Assembly (NCBI GenBank): GCA_013820915.1 | Contig: JACDHR010000001.1 | Span: 8,641-72,640 of the forward strand | Origin: Gemmatimonadota bacterium | Lineage (GTDB): Bacteria > Gemmatimonadota > Gemmatimonadetes > Longimicrobiales > Longimicrobiaceae | DNA length: 64,000 nucleotides | Direction: 5' to 3' | Part shown: positions 8,435 through 18,256 of the stretch, piece by piece | How the letters are laid out: each line of letters opens with the position of its first letter | Numbering within the stretch: position 1 is the stretch's first letter | Translations under genes and position numbers: made by a program | Notes under the pieces: generated by a model | The model's database searches: none | What the model was told of the DNA's origin: nothing | The model's input: the letters and a program-made list of their open reading frames with translations, nothing else

Positions 8435-11400
8435 ATGTCGTTTTGCCATCTGCACTGCCACTCGGAGTACTCGCTGCTCGACGGCGCGAATCGCATCGGC
8501 GACCTGATCACGCGCGCCAAGGAGTTCGAGCAGCCGGCGCTCGCGCTCACCGATCACGGCTGCATGTTCGGCGCGTGGACGTTCCAGGAGCAGGCGAAGA
8601 AGGCGGGGATCAAGCCGATCATCGGGATGGAGGCGTACGTCGCGCCCAACTCCCGGCACGATCGCGGCAAGGTAAAGGGAGAGAAGGGCTACTACCATTT
8701 GGTGCTGCTCGCCCGCGACCTGCAGGGCTACAAGAATCTCACCAAGCTGACCTCGATCGGGTACACGCAGGGCTTCTACTCCAAGCCGCGCATCGACCGC
8801 GAGGTGCTGGCCGCGCACTCCGAGGGGCTGATCGTCACCAGCGCCTGCCTGGCGGGCGAGGTCGCGCAGCACCTTATGGAGGACCGCTGGGAGAAGGCGA
8901 AGGAGGCCGCCGAGTGGTACGCCAACACTTTCGACGGCCGCTACTATCTGGAGGTTCAGGGGCACGACTCGCCGGGTCAGGACCGGCTGAACCAGCAGAT
9001 CTTTCGGCTCTCCGAGGAGGTGGGGCTTCCGATCGTCGCGACCAACGACACGCACTTCCTCAAGTCGCACGACCACGAAGCGCACGACGTCCTCCTCTGC
9101 ATCGGGCTCGGCAAAGACTTCACCGACCCGAACCGGATGAAGTACGACCGGGAGCTGTACTTCAAGAACCACGAGGAGATGCGCGAGCGCTTCCCGAACC
9201 GGCCGGACGTGTTGGAGAACACGCTGCGCATCGCCGACGAGGTCGATCTCTCTTTCGCCAAGAAGTACTACGTTCCGGAGTTCCCACGGCCGGAGGGCGT
9301 CACGGCCAGCGAAGCGGAGCTGTTGGAGCAATGGGTTTGGGAAGGCGCGAAGGAGCGGTACGGGAGGGAGTCGGAAGCAAGAAGTGAGAAATCAGGAGAC
9401 AGAAGTCAGGAGTCGGAAGCGGGGCCGGAGCGGGAAGCTTCACGGGATCTCCTTCCGGCGGAGGTGGTCGAGCGGATCGAGTACGAGCTGAGCGTGATCA
9501 ACGACCCGAAGCTGGGGTACGCGGGGTACTTCCTGATCACCGCGGATTTCATCCGCTGGGCGCGAGAGCACGGCATCCCCGTGGGCCCCGGTCGCGGCTC
9601 GGCCGCGGGCTCTATCGTGGCGTTCTGCACCGGGATCACGGACATATGCCCGCTGAAGTTCGACCTGCTCTTCGAGCGCTTCCTGAACCCGGAGCGCGTG
9701 TCGATGCCGGATATCGACGTGGACTTCTGCTTCGAGCGCCGCGGCGAGGTGATCGAGTACGTGCGGCAGAAGTACGGGCGCGACGCGGTGGGGCAGATCA
9801 TCACCTTCGGGACGATGAAGTCGCGCGCCGTGGTCAAGGACGTCGGCCGCACGCTCGGCTTCCTTCCCGCCGAGACGGACCGGCTCGCGAAGCTGATCCC
9901 CAACGGCCCCGCCTACTCGCTCTCCGTGGAGGAGGCGATCGAGAAGATCCCCGAGGTTAGGGAGCTGTACGAGAAGGAGGACCGCTACCGCCGGCTGCTG
10001 GACTACTCGAAGACGCTCGAAGGGCTCTCGCGCCACTCCAGCGTGCACGCCGCCGGTGTCGTGATCGCGCCGGGGCCGCTGGACGAGTACGTGCCGATCT
10101 GCACCCAGAACACGAAGGGCTCGGGCGGCGGAGACAACGAATCGATCATCGTCACCCAGTACGACATGACCTGCCTGGAGAAGGCGGGCATGCTGAAGAT
10201 GGACTTCCTGGGGCTGAAGACGCTGACGGTGATTCACGGCGCGGTCGAGACGATCCGGCGTCGGCACGGCACACTCCGCCACCCGGATACGGGCGACGAG
10301 TTCGCCCGCGCCGAGGACATCCCCCTGGACGACGCGCCGGTGTACGCGATGCTCTCCCGCGGCGGCACGGCCGGCGTGTTCCAGTTCGAATCCGCGCTGG
10401 CGACCGAGAAGCTGCGCGCCATGAAGGCAGACCGCTTCGACGACCTGATCGCGACCAACGCACTGATCCGCCCGGGGCCGCTGGACATGGGGATGGACCA
10501 GGTCTACATCCGCCGCAAGCTGGGGCAGGAGCCGGTCCGCTACGCGCACCCTGAGCTGAAGGAGACGCTGGAGCCGACGTACGGGGTGATCGTCTACCAG
10601 GAGCAGGTGATGCGGATCGCGCAGATCCTGGCCGGCCTCTCGCTGGCCGAGGCTGACGTACTCCGCAAAGCGGTCGGGAAAAAGGACGCGAAGCTGATCG
10701 CGGCGGAGCTGGGCAAGTTCGTGAGCAAGGCGGTCGAGAAGGGCCACGACCGCAGGGTCATCCAGGACCTGGCGGACCAGATCGAGGCGTTCGGCAGGTA
10801 CGGTTTCAACAAGTCACATTCCGCTGCCTACGGGCTGCTCTCGTATCAGACGGCGTGGCTCAAGTGCCACTATCCGGCGGAGTTCATGGCCGCATTGATG
10901 TCTACCGTGGTGGACAAGACGGATGATGTGGTGGCATACATCGCCTCGTGCCGCGATATGGGCAGATCCCTGCCGCGCGTGGGCCGTGACGGGATCCAGG
11001 TGTTGCCGCCGCACGTAAACGAGTCCAACCTGAACTTCACGGTGGTGGGCGAGGGCGTGGGGCAGATCCGCTTCGGGCTCGGCGCGATCCGCGGCGTCGG
11101 AGAGGGCGCGGTGCGCTCGATCCTGGCGGCGCGCGAGGCGGAGGGCCCCTTTACCTCGATGTTCGACCTGCTGACGCGCATCGACCTGCGTCTTTGCAAC
11201 AAGCGGGTGCTGGAAGCGCTGATCTGCGCCGGCGCGCTGGACGGCTTCGCGCCCGAGGGTCGCGCGCAGTTGATGGCCACGCTGGAGGTGACCTTCGCCA
11301 CCGCCCAGGATGCGCAACGGGAGCGGGAAAGCTCACAGGAGAACCTCTTCGATTCCCTGCTGGGCGACGACGGCACCGGCAGCGTGCTCATCCAGGCGCC

Positions 11401-12109
11401 CGCGCTTCCGCAGGTCGACAGGTGGAGCGAGGGCGACCGGCTGGCACGCGAAAAGGAGATCCTGGGCTTCTTCATCTCCGGCCACCCTCTGGACAAATTC
11501 CGCGAAGACGTTACCCTTTTTGATCGGGTGAACAGCGCGAACCTGCGGGAGCACCGCGATCAGAAAGTCGAGCTGGCCTGTGTGGTCACCGCGGCGGCGC
11601 GGCAGATCTCGAAGCGCGACGGCGCGGAGTGGGGCCGCATCACGGTGGAGGACTTCCACGGCACGGCCACGGTGCTCGCCTTCGGCGATGTGTGGACGAA
11701 GTTCAAGGACGTGCTGCAGACGGATACGCCCGTCCTTATTCGCGGCGGCGTCTCCGGCAGGGAGCGCGACGAGGAAGATCCTCCTATCTTCCTCGATGCG
11801 GCCGTTTCCCTGGCCGACCTCCGCGAGAACGGCGAGGTCACGGTCTGCGTGGAGCTGGGCGGCGGCGATCTCGACGCGGACGGGCTGCGGCGGGCGAAGC
11901 TGGTGCTCGGCCAGCACCCCGGCCCCGCCCCGCTGGTCGTGGTCTGGAGCAGGGCCGGCAACGGCTCGGGTAACGGGGAGCGCAGCGGCGGCGGTGGAGA
12001 GCCCCCGCGCTTCCGCTCCCGCTCGCTCCGGATCGCGCCGCGCGAGGAGCTGCTCCGCCAGCTCCGCGAGATGCTGGGCGAGGAGAAGGTACGGCTGGTG
12101 CGGGTATGA
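8435..12109 (+). CDS. dnaE: DNA polymerase III alpha subunit
   Basis: PHP-domain start MSFCHLHCHSEYSLLDGA at ATG 8435. GPGRGSAAGS and PDIDVDF polymerase motifs. The upstream part of ORF 8354.. is judged a non-coding extension. Confidence 0.95.
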   Translation: MSFCHLHCHSEYSLLDGANRIGDLITRAKEFEQPALALTDHGCMFGAWTFQEQAKKAGIKPIIGMEAYVAPNSRHDRGKVKGEKGYYHLVLLARDLQGYKNLTKLTSIGYTQGFYSKPRIDREVLAAHSEGLIVTSACLAGEVAQHLMEDRWEKAKEAAEWYANTFDGRYYLEVQGHDSPGQDRLNQQIFRLSEEVGLPIVATNDTHFLKSHDHEAHDVLLCIGLGKDFTDPNRMKYDRELYFKNHEEMRERFPNRPDVLENTLRIADEVDLSFAKKYYVPEFPRPEGVTASEAELLEQWVWEGAKERYGRESEARSEKSGDRSQESEAGPEREASRDLLPAEVVERIEYELSVINDPKLGYAGYFLITADFIRWAREHGIPVGPGRGSAAGSIVAFCTGITDICPLKFDLLFERFLNPERVSMPDIDVDFCFERRGEVIEYVRQKYGRDAVGQIITFGTMKSRAVVKDVGRTLGFLPAETDRLAKLIPNGPAYSLSVEEAIEKIPEVRELYEKEDRYRRLLDYSKTLEGLSRHSSVHAAGVVIAPGPLDEYVPICTQNTKGSGGGDNESIIVTQYDMTCLEKAGMLKMDFLGLKTLTVIHGAVETIRRRHGTLRHPDTGDEFARAEDIPLDDAPVYAMLSRGGTAGVFQFESALATEKLRAMKADRFDDLIATNALIRPGPLDMGMDQVYIRRKLGQEPVRYAHPELKETLEPTYGVIVYQEQVMRIAQILAGLSLAEADVLRKAVGKKDAKLIAAELGKFVSKAVEKGHDRRVIQDLADQIEAFGRYGFNKSHSAAYGLLSYQTAWLKCHYPAEFMAALMSTVVDKTDDVVAYIASCRDMGRSLPRVGRDGIQVLPPHVNESNLNFTVVGEGVGQIRFGLGAIRGVGEGAVRSILAAREAEGPFTSMFDLLTRIDLRLCNKRVLEALICAGALDGFAPEGRAQLMATLEVTFATAQDAQRERESSQENLFDSLLGDDGTGSVLIQAPALPQVDRWSEGDRLAREKEILGFFISGHPLDKFREDVTLFDRVNSANLREHRDQKVELACVVTAAARQISKRDGAEWGRITVEDFHGTATVLAFGDVWTKFKDVLQTDTPVLIRGGVSGRERDEEDPPIFLDAAVSLADLRENGEVTVCVELGGGDLDADGLRRAKLVLGQHPGPAPLVVVWSRAGNGSGNGERSGGGGEPPRFRSRSLRIAPREELLRQLREMLGEEKVRLVRV

Positions 12110-12138
12110 GCAACCCCATCTTAACGAATTGAGGCCGA

Positions 12139-13104
12139 GTGGCGAATGTAGCGCATCTGGATTTCGAGAAAGCGATTGTCGAGGTCGAGGAGCAGATCGG
12201 GCGGCTCCAGAAGCTCGCCCGCGAGCGAGGGCTCGACGTATCCAACGAACTCGGCTCGCTGCAGCGGAAGCTCGTTTCGCTGAAGCGCGATATATACCGG
12301 AACCTCACGCCGATCGAGCGCGTTCAGGTCGCGCGTCATCCGCGACGCCCTTACACGCTCGACTACATCGAGCGCGTCTTCACCGACTTCGTGGAGCTTC
12401 ACGGCGACCGCGCCTATCGCGACGACCGCTCGATCGTGGGAGGGTGGGCGCGCCTCGAGGGCGACACCATCATGGTCATCGGCCACCAGAAGGGCCGCGA
12501 CATGAAGGAGAACCTCTTACGCAACTTCGGGATGCCGCACCCCGAAGGGTATCGGAAGGCATTGCGGCTGATGAAGCTGGCGGAGAAGTTCGGCCGCCCG
12601 CTCGTAACGCTGATCGATACCCCGGGTGCGTACCCGGGCCTCGGCGCGGAGGAGCGCGGCCAGGCGGAGGCCATCGCACGCAACCTGCGTGAGATGGCGG
12701 CGCTCACCACGCCCACGGTGGCAGTCGTCATCGGCGAGGGTGGGTCCGGTGGCGCGCTCGCGCTCGGGGTGGCGGACCGGGTGCTGATGTTGGAGAACAG
12801 CATCTACTCCGTGATCTCGCCGGAAGGGTGCGCGGCGATTCTGTGGAAGTCCGCCTCGGAGCGGGACCAGGCGGCCACGGCGCTAAAGATCACCGCGGAG
12901 GATCTGTACCGGCTGGAGGTGATCGACGAAATCATCCCCGAGCCCGCCGGCGGCGCGCACTCCGATCCGGACCGCACCGCCGAATCGCTGCGCTGGGCCC
13001 TGGTCCGCCACATCGGCGATCTCTGCACCAAACCGGTGGATGAGCTACGGCAGACACGATGGGACAAGTTCATGAAGATGGGGGAGTGGCGCTCGGCGAG
13101 CTGA
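12139..13104 (+). CDS. accA: acetyl-CoA carboxylase carboxyltransferase alpha subunit
   Basis: GTG start. Full-length similarity pattern to AccA ([39 protein letters not shown]). Confidence 0.95.
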   Translation: MANVAHLDFEKAIVEVEEQIGRLQKLARERGLDVSNELGSLQRKLVSLKRDIYRNLTPIERVQVARHPRRPYTLDYIERVFTDFVELHGDRAYRDDRSIVGGWARLEGDTIMVIGHQKGRDMKENLLRNFGMPHPEGYRKALRLMKLAEKFGRPLVTLIDTPGAYPGLGAEERGQAEAIARNLREMAALTTPTVAVVIGEGGSGGALALGVADRVLMLENSIYSVISPEGCAAILWKSASERDQAATALKITAEDLYRLEVIDEIIPEPAGGAHSDPDRTAESLRWALVRHIGDLCTKPVDELRQTRWDKFMKMGEWRSAS

Positions 13105-13172
13105 GCGCCACACCGGACTCACAACCAGACTCCGTCCGCGCCCGCCGCGGGTCGGGGCAGTAGGAATATATT

Positions 13173-14213
13173 ATGGAGATGGCTCTTCCAGTTCTGCAGT
13201 CTCTCGCGCCATCGGGTGCGGAGCACCTGATAGAGGTTGCCTTCAAGGGGAACCGCCGCGGGTTTTACAACTCGGCCGACGACGGGCTCCGCGAAGGCGA
13301 TCACGTGCTGGTGGAAGCGGAGCGGGGCGAGGACCTCGGCCGCGTCCGCTCTCGCGGCGGCGTAGCCATCAGCAAGTGCTCGGCGACGGGAGCGAGCTCC
13401 ACCTATCGCGTTCTGCGCCGCGCGGAGCCAGAGGAAGTCCGTCAGGCGATCGTGCTGCGGTCCGACGAGGAGCGCGTCCGCCGGCAGACTCGCGAGCTAG
13501 TGGAACAGCACCGGCTCAAGATGAAGATCTCCGAGGCCGAGTGGCAGTGGGATCGCAACAAGCTGACCATCTACTTCACGGCGGAGCGCCGCGTGGACTT
13601 CCGCGAGCTGGTGCGCGCGTTGGCCCGCAGCTTCCGCACCCGGATCGAGCTGAAGCAGATCGGGGTCCGCGACGAAGCCGCGTTGCTCGGCGGCGTGGGT
13701 CGGTGCGGGCGCCAGCTCTGCTGCGCGACCTGGCTGCGTGAGATACAGCCGATCTCACTCCAGCTCGCCAAGGACCAGAACCTCTCGCTCAACCCATCGC
13801 AGATCTCCGGCACCTGCGGCCGCCTGATGTGCTGCCTGACCTACGAGCACGACGCCTATCTTCAGGCTCGCAAGCGCTTCCCGCGCGAGGGGAAGGTCCT
13901 GCGCACCAGCCGCGGCCAGGAGAAGGTGATCGGCATCGACATCTGGAGAGAGTCCCTCACGCTGGTCGACGAGGCTCGCCAGCGGCGCGTCGTCCTGCTC
14001 TCCGAGTTAAAAGCCGAGATCGCAACGAGGCCGGCGGCGATGCGGGAGCGGCCGGACGGACTTGAGCAGCGCGTCTCGACGGCGGACGCGACAGCGACGG
14101 CGGAGGCTGCCGCGGAGCCGGATGGCGCGCCGCCGGTCAAGAGCAGCAGCCGCGGTGGCCGTCGCCCCCGACGGGGCCGGCCGCGGCGCGGAGGCGGGGA
14201 CAAGGGTGAGTAA
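13173..14213 (+). CDS. PSP1 C-terminal domain protein (YaaT/RicT-like) with Arg-rich tail
   Basis: FKGNRRGFY...GDHVLVEAERGEDLGRV and the cysteine-rich GRCGRQLCC...GTCGRLMCCL are typical of PSP1/RicT proteins. Confidence 0.85.
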   Translation: MEMALPVLQSLAPSGAEHLIEVAFKGNRRGFYNSADDGLREGDHVLVEAERGEDLGRVRSRGGVAISKCSATGASSTYRVLRRAEPEEVRQAIVLRSDEERVRRQTRELVEQHRLKMKISEAEWQWDRNKLTIYFTAERRVDFRELVRALARSFRTRIELKQIGVRDEAALLGGVGRCGRQLCCATWLREIQPISLQLAKDQNLSLNPSQISGTCGRLMCCLTYEHDAYLQARKRFPREGKVLRTSRGQEKVIGIDIWRESLTLVDEARQRRVVLLSELKAEIATRPAAMRERPDGLEQRVSTADATATAEAAAEPDGAPPVKSSSRGGRRPRRGRPRRGGGDKGE

Positions 14214-15726
14214 CTCCCGCTTCTACATCACGACGGCGATCGACTACGCGAACGGGCCGCCCCACCTCGGGCACGCGCTCGAGAAGATCGGTGCGGACGC
14301 GATCGCCCGCTACCGCCGGCTGCGTGGGGACGAAGTCCACTTCGTGATCGGGATGGACGAGCACGGGCAGAAGGTCGCGCAAACCGCTGCCGCCCACGGA
14401 GTCTCCCCGCAGGAGTGGACGGACGGCATCGCGGAGCAGTTCCGCGTCACCTGGAGCGCGCTCTCCATCTCCAACGACGACTTCATCCGCACCACGGAGC
14501 CACGTCACCGCGCGGCCGTCGAGGAGATGATCCGGCGGATGGAGGCGCGCGGAGATCTGTACCGCGGCACCTACGCGGGCTTCTACTGCATCGGCTGCGA
14601 AGCGTACAAGACGGAGGACGAGCTGGAGGACGGCCGCTGCCCCGTTCACCCGACCCGCGAGATCGAGTGGATGGAGGAGGAGGACTGGTTCTTCCGCCTC
14701 TCCGCGTACCGCGACAGGCTGCTCGCGCTGCTCGAGGAGCGCCCCTCGTTTGTGGAGCCGGAGGTCCGGCGCAACGAGGTGCGGCGGATGGTCGAAGATA
14801 TCGTGGACATCTCGGTGTCCCGCTCGCGGCTCTCGTGGGGGATTCCCTGGCCGAGCGATCCAGAGCACTCCGTCTACGTCTGGATCGACGCGCTCACCAA
14901 CTACCTCTCCGCGACCGGGTTCCCGGGCACCGGCTACAAGGATCTCTGGCCGGCGGACCTGCACGTGATCGGCAAGGACATCGTCCGCTTTCACTGCGTC
15001 TACTGGCCTGCGATGCTGATGTCCGCGGATCTGGAGCTGCCGCGCCAGGTCTGGGCGCATGGCTTCATGACCATGAGCGGAGGGAAGCTCTCCAAGTCCA
15101 GCGGCGTCTCCTTCACCGTTCCCGAAGCGATCGAGCGGCACGGCGAGGACGCGCTTCGCTACTATCTTCTGCGCGAGATCCCGTGGAACGGAGACGGCAA
15201 CTTCTCGTGGGACCGCTTCGACGAGCGCTACACCTCGGATCTGGCGAACGACCTCGGCAACCTGGCCAACCGTACCCTCTCCATGCTGGGCAGGTATCGG
15301 GGCGGTGTCGTTCCGGCGGCTGCGCTCACGGAACTGGACGAACGTGCCGATACTCTGATCGAGCGCTATACGGAGCGCATGGAGGCGTGCCTGCTCCATG
15401 AAGGAGCCGCCGCCGCGTTCGCGCTGGTCTCGGAGGCGAACGGGTTCGTAGAGGCGCGCGCGCCATGGAAGCTCGCGAAGGATCCCGAGCGGAGCGCGGA
15501 GCTGGATTCGACGCTCGCCTCGCTGGTCCGCGTCCTGGCGATCGCGGCTGCCCTGCTCTCCCCGTTCATGCCGGGCAAGATGGCGGATCTCTGGGGAAGA
15601 CTGGGTACCGGATCGACGGGATTCCCCCGTCTCGATGAGCTTACCGCGGTCGACCCAACGGGGTGGCAGGCGGCGCCGGGAGAGGTGCTTTTCCCCCGCC
15701 CGGAGTTGCTGGCCGCACGGGGATAA
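14206..15726 (+). CDS. metG: methionine--tRNA ligase (short form)
   Basis: In-frame GTG at 14206 gives VSNSRFYITTAIDYANGPPHLGH (HIGH-type motif) and later KLSKS (KMSKS-type motif). The N-terminal part of ORF 14062.. overlaps the PSP1 gene and is Arg-rich junk. Confidence 0.93.
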   Translation: MSNSRFYITTAIDYANGPPHLGHALEKIGADAIARYRRLRGDEVHFVIGMDEHGQKVAQTAAAHGVSPQEWTDGIAEQFRVTWSALSISNDDFIRTTEPRHRAAVEEMIRRMEARGDLYRGTYAGFYCIGCEAYKTEDELEDGRCPVHPTREIEWMEEEDWFFRLSAYRDRLLALLEERPSFVEPEVRRNEVRRMVEDIVDISVSRSRLSWGIPWPSDPEHSVYVWIDALTNYLSATGFPGTGYKDLWPADLHVIGKDIVRFHCVYWPAMLMSADLELPRQVWAHGFMTMSGGKLSKSSGVSFTVPEAIERHGEDALRYYLLREIPWNGDGNFSWDRFDERYTSDLANDLGNLANRTLSMLGRYRGGVVPAAALTELDERADTLIERYTERMEACLLHEGAAAAFALVSEANGFVEARAPWKLAKDPERSAELDSTLASLVRVLAIAAALLSPFMPGKMADLWGRLGTGSTGFPRLDELTAVDPTGWQAAPGEVLFPRPELLAARG

Positions 15727-15878
15727 CCAGCAGATCTTCTTGACATCAAACGATGTAGCCATTATCGTTCGCGCTTTCCCTGACCAGAATAGACGCGGTC
15801 GGGCGCGTTCGCGCGCCCCCGTTACCTCTTCCATTCGTGACGCGATTCTCGCGCCGAACCACTCCCGAGCAAAAGCCT

Positions 15879-16814
15879 ATGGCACGGTTCCAGTGGACGT
15901 TAATGCTCGTTCCGCATGGCAACGAGCGGGTACGATCGGTTCAGGTTTCCAACAAGAGTTTCCGGGTTGCCCTCTCGCTGTTCCTCATCGTGGTCCTGCT
16001 CTTCGGCTCGTTCTCCATCAACGGTCTCGTCAAGCAGAGCCATCACCTCCGCGCAGAGCGTCTGGAGCGGGAGAACCTTCTGCTCGCGGCCGAGGTGGAC
16101 CACATCCGCGACAAAATGGCCACGCTCCACGAATCGCTGGACTCTCTCGCGGTACGCGACGAGAAGTACCGCGTGATCGCCGGCCTTCCCACGATCGACC
16201 CGGACGTGCAGCGCGTGGGCATCGGAGGCCCCGGCACCCAGACGCTAGCGAACGGACCTCTCCACGAGACGAATGCTCTGATCGGTGAGAAGGTGTTCGC
16301 TGCCACCTACGACCTCGCCACGCTGACGCGCCGGGCCAACCTTCTCCGCAGCAGCATGGGCGAAGCGATCACGACGCTGGAGGCGAACACCGAGCGCCTG
16401 GCGGCCACTCCTTCCATCGCACCCTCAAGCGGCCATCTCTCCAGCCTCTTCAGCAGAAACCGCCGTCACCCCGTGCTCAAGATCACCCGGCCCCACGAGG
16501 GGATCGACATCGCGGCACCTGTCGGCGAGCCGATCCTGGCGCCGGCGAAGGGCAAGGTTCGTTTCGCCGGGTGGAAGTCCGGCGGCTACGGCAACACGGT
16601 GGAGATCGACCATGGCTACGGCTACGTAACCCGTTTCGCGCACGCCTCGCGAGTGCTGGTGCGCATGGGGCAGACCGTGGAGCGCGGCCAGTCGATCGCC
16701 GAGGTCGGCGCCACGGGCCTGGTCAGCGGCCCGCACCTCCATTACGAAGTGGAGTTCAACGGCAAGGCTGTCGACCCGCTCAACTTCATCCTCACGGACG
16801 CAGTACCGGATTAA
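15879..16814 (+). CDS. M23 family metallopeptidase (murein endopeptidase-like)
   Basis: HEGIDIAAPVG...GYGNTVEIDHG...GPHLHYEV motifs. N-terminal TM segment and coiled coil. The start could also be 15837. Confidence 0.85.
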   Translation: MARFQWTLMLVPHGNERVRSVQVSNKSFRVALSLFLIVVLLFGSFSINGLVKQSHHLRAERLERENLLLAAEVDHIRDKMATLHESLDSLAVRDEKYRVIAGLPTIDPDVQRVGIGGPGTQTLANGPLHETNALIGEKVFAATYDLATLTRRANLLRSSMGEAITTLEANTERLAATPSIAPSSGHLSSLFSRNRRHPVLKITRPHEGIDIAAPVGEPILAPAKGKVRFAGWKSGGYGNTVEIDHGYGYVTRFAHASRVLVRMGQTVERGQSIAEVGATGLVSGPHLHYEVEFNGKAVDPLNFILTDAVPD

Positions 16815-16820
16815 ACAGCC

Positions 16821-17037
16821 AGTACGAAAGTACGGGGAACTACAAGTACGGGAGTACGGGGACAACCAGTACGAGAGTACGGGCGGGCTGCGCCCACGGT
16901 ACCAAAGTGCGGGCGTAGCGAACATCCTCGTACCCTCGTACCCTCGTACCCTCGTACCCTCGTACCCTCGTACCCTCGTACCCTCGTACCCTCGTACCCT
17001 CGTACCCTCGTACTTCCGTACTCTCGGACTTTCGTAC
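16821..17037. repeat. opposed arrays of a GTAC-core octamer filling the intergenic spacer
   Basis: Right array: 11 perfect tandem CCTCGTAC units (16926..17013) plus 3 degenerate units to 17037. Left array (16821..16883): ~6 units of AGTACGRR, the reverse-complement orientation. A ~40-nt spacer lies between them. Confidence 0.9.
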
Positions 17038-17041
17038 TTAA

Positions 17042-18256
17042 ATGATGTTCGTGTTTGCCTTTCTGGCGGGGCTCGTCGCCGCCGATACCACGGATCATGC
17101 CGGAAGCGGTCTCGCGGTGAGCCCGGAAGGAGTCGCTCCGGCGTCGGTCGTGGTGCACCACCAGCCGGCGATCCCGATCGTAGCGCTGCGCATGTCGCTG
17201 CTGGTCAGCGACCCGCCCGGCTTCGCGGGCGCGGGTCACCTGATTCAGCATCTGGTGTACCCGCGGCTGCGAGAGCAGGTGAGGCGCGTCGGCGGGCAGG
17301 CGCAGATCCAGCGCAGCTCGGATGCGCTGGTCTATACCGTGATCGGGCCCGCGGCCGAGCTGGAGTACCTGTCGGACGCGCTGCGCTCGGTGCTCAGCCC
17401 GCCTATTGCTACCATGGGCGAAATGGTGGTCGCGATGCGTGCGCTGGAGGAGGAGCGCCTCGCCGAGTGGGAGACGGCGGCCAGCCACATCCGCGCGGAG
17501 ATGCGATCCCGCCTCTTCCCGCAGGATCTCCCCGCCCCCGGTACTGCGGCCTCGGCCGCACGTCTGGAGGCGCGGCTGCTGCGGCCGATCTGGGCGGAGA
17601 TCTACCAGCCGCAGCGGGTGTCGGTGATCGCGGTGGGAGATGTGCGTCTCGACGAGGTACGCCGCGTATTCGCCGAGTTGCCGCCTCCGCCGAGGGAGCG
17701 CTTGGGTGAGAGCTATACCGACACCGTACCCGTAGCGCGGCTCGCACCGGCTGAGGCTACGCGTGGCTGGATGGGGCTCGGGTACTCGGCCGCGAGGATG
17801 GACCCTGTAGCGCTCACGGTGACAGCCCGGCTCCTCAGCGATGACCTCCGTAGCCGACTCCCCACCGCGGGGGTGGAGGTAGAGCACTGGTGGACACACC
17901 ACGGCCAGGCGCTCGCGGTGGTAGTCGCCGCCCCGGAGGCATCTATCCCCCTCGCGCGACGCACGCTGGGCACCGCCCTGACGGCGCTGCGGCAGGAACT
18001 CACGGAGGGCCAGGTGCGGGCGGCTGCCACCGCCGTGCGGCGGGAGATGCTGTTCTACGCGCGTACGCCCGACCGTATGGCCGAGGTCGTGGGCCGCTTC
18101 ACCGACCGCGACGGAGATCCGGATGCAGCGCAGCAGTTCTTTACCGATCTCGAAGTCGTGCGCCTCGCGGACGTACAGCAGGTGATCGACCGTCTCGCCG
18201 AGCGGACCCCGGTTCGGGTGGATATCGCTCCCCAGGCACTGGATAGGCGGCCGTGA
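17042..18256 (+). CDS. M16 (pitrilysin/insulinase) family protein with HxxQH in place of HxxEH
   Basis: GAGHLIQHLVY sits at the position of the zinc motif. Overall M16 two-domain length. GTGA overlap with the next M16 gene. No obvious RBS. Confidence 0.72.
   Translation: MMFVFAFLAGLVAADTTDHAGSGLAVSPEGVAPASVVVHHQPAIPIVALRMSLLVSDPPGFAGAGHLIQHLVYPRLREQVRRVGGQAQIQRSSDALVYTVIGPAAELEYLSDALRSVLSPPIATMGEMVVAMRALEEERLAEWETAASHIRAEMRSRLFPQDLPAPGTAASAARLEARLLRPIWAEIYQPQRVSVIAVGDVRLDEVRRVFAELPPPPRERLGESYTDTVPVARLAPAEATRGWMGLGYSAARMDPVALTVTARLLSDDLRSRLPTAGVEVEHWWTHHGQALAVVVAAPEASIPLARRTLGTALTALRQELTEGQVRAAATAVRREMLFYARTPDRMAEVVGRFTDRDGDPDAAQQFFTDLEVVRLADVQQVIDRLAERTPVRVDIAPQALDRRP

Noticed and set aside
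16926-17037. Tandem repeats (the octamer array here and the 18-bp array at 49025..49114) as possible CRISPR arrays
   Set aside because: The units are contiguous with no spacers and far shorter than CRISPR repeats. No cas genes are present.
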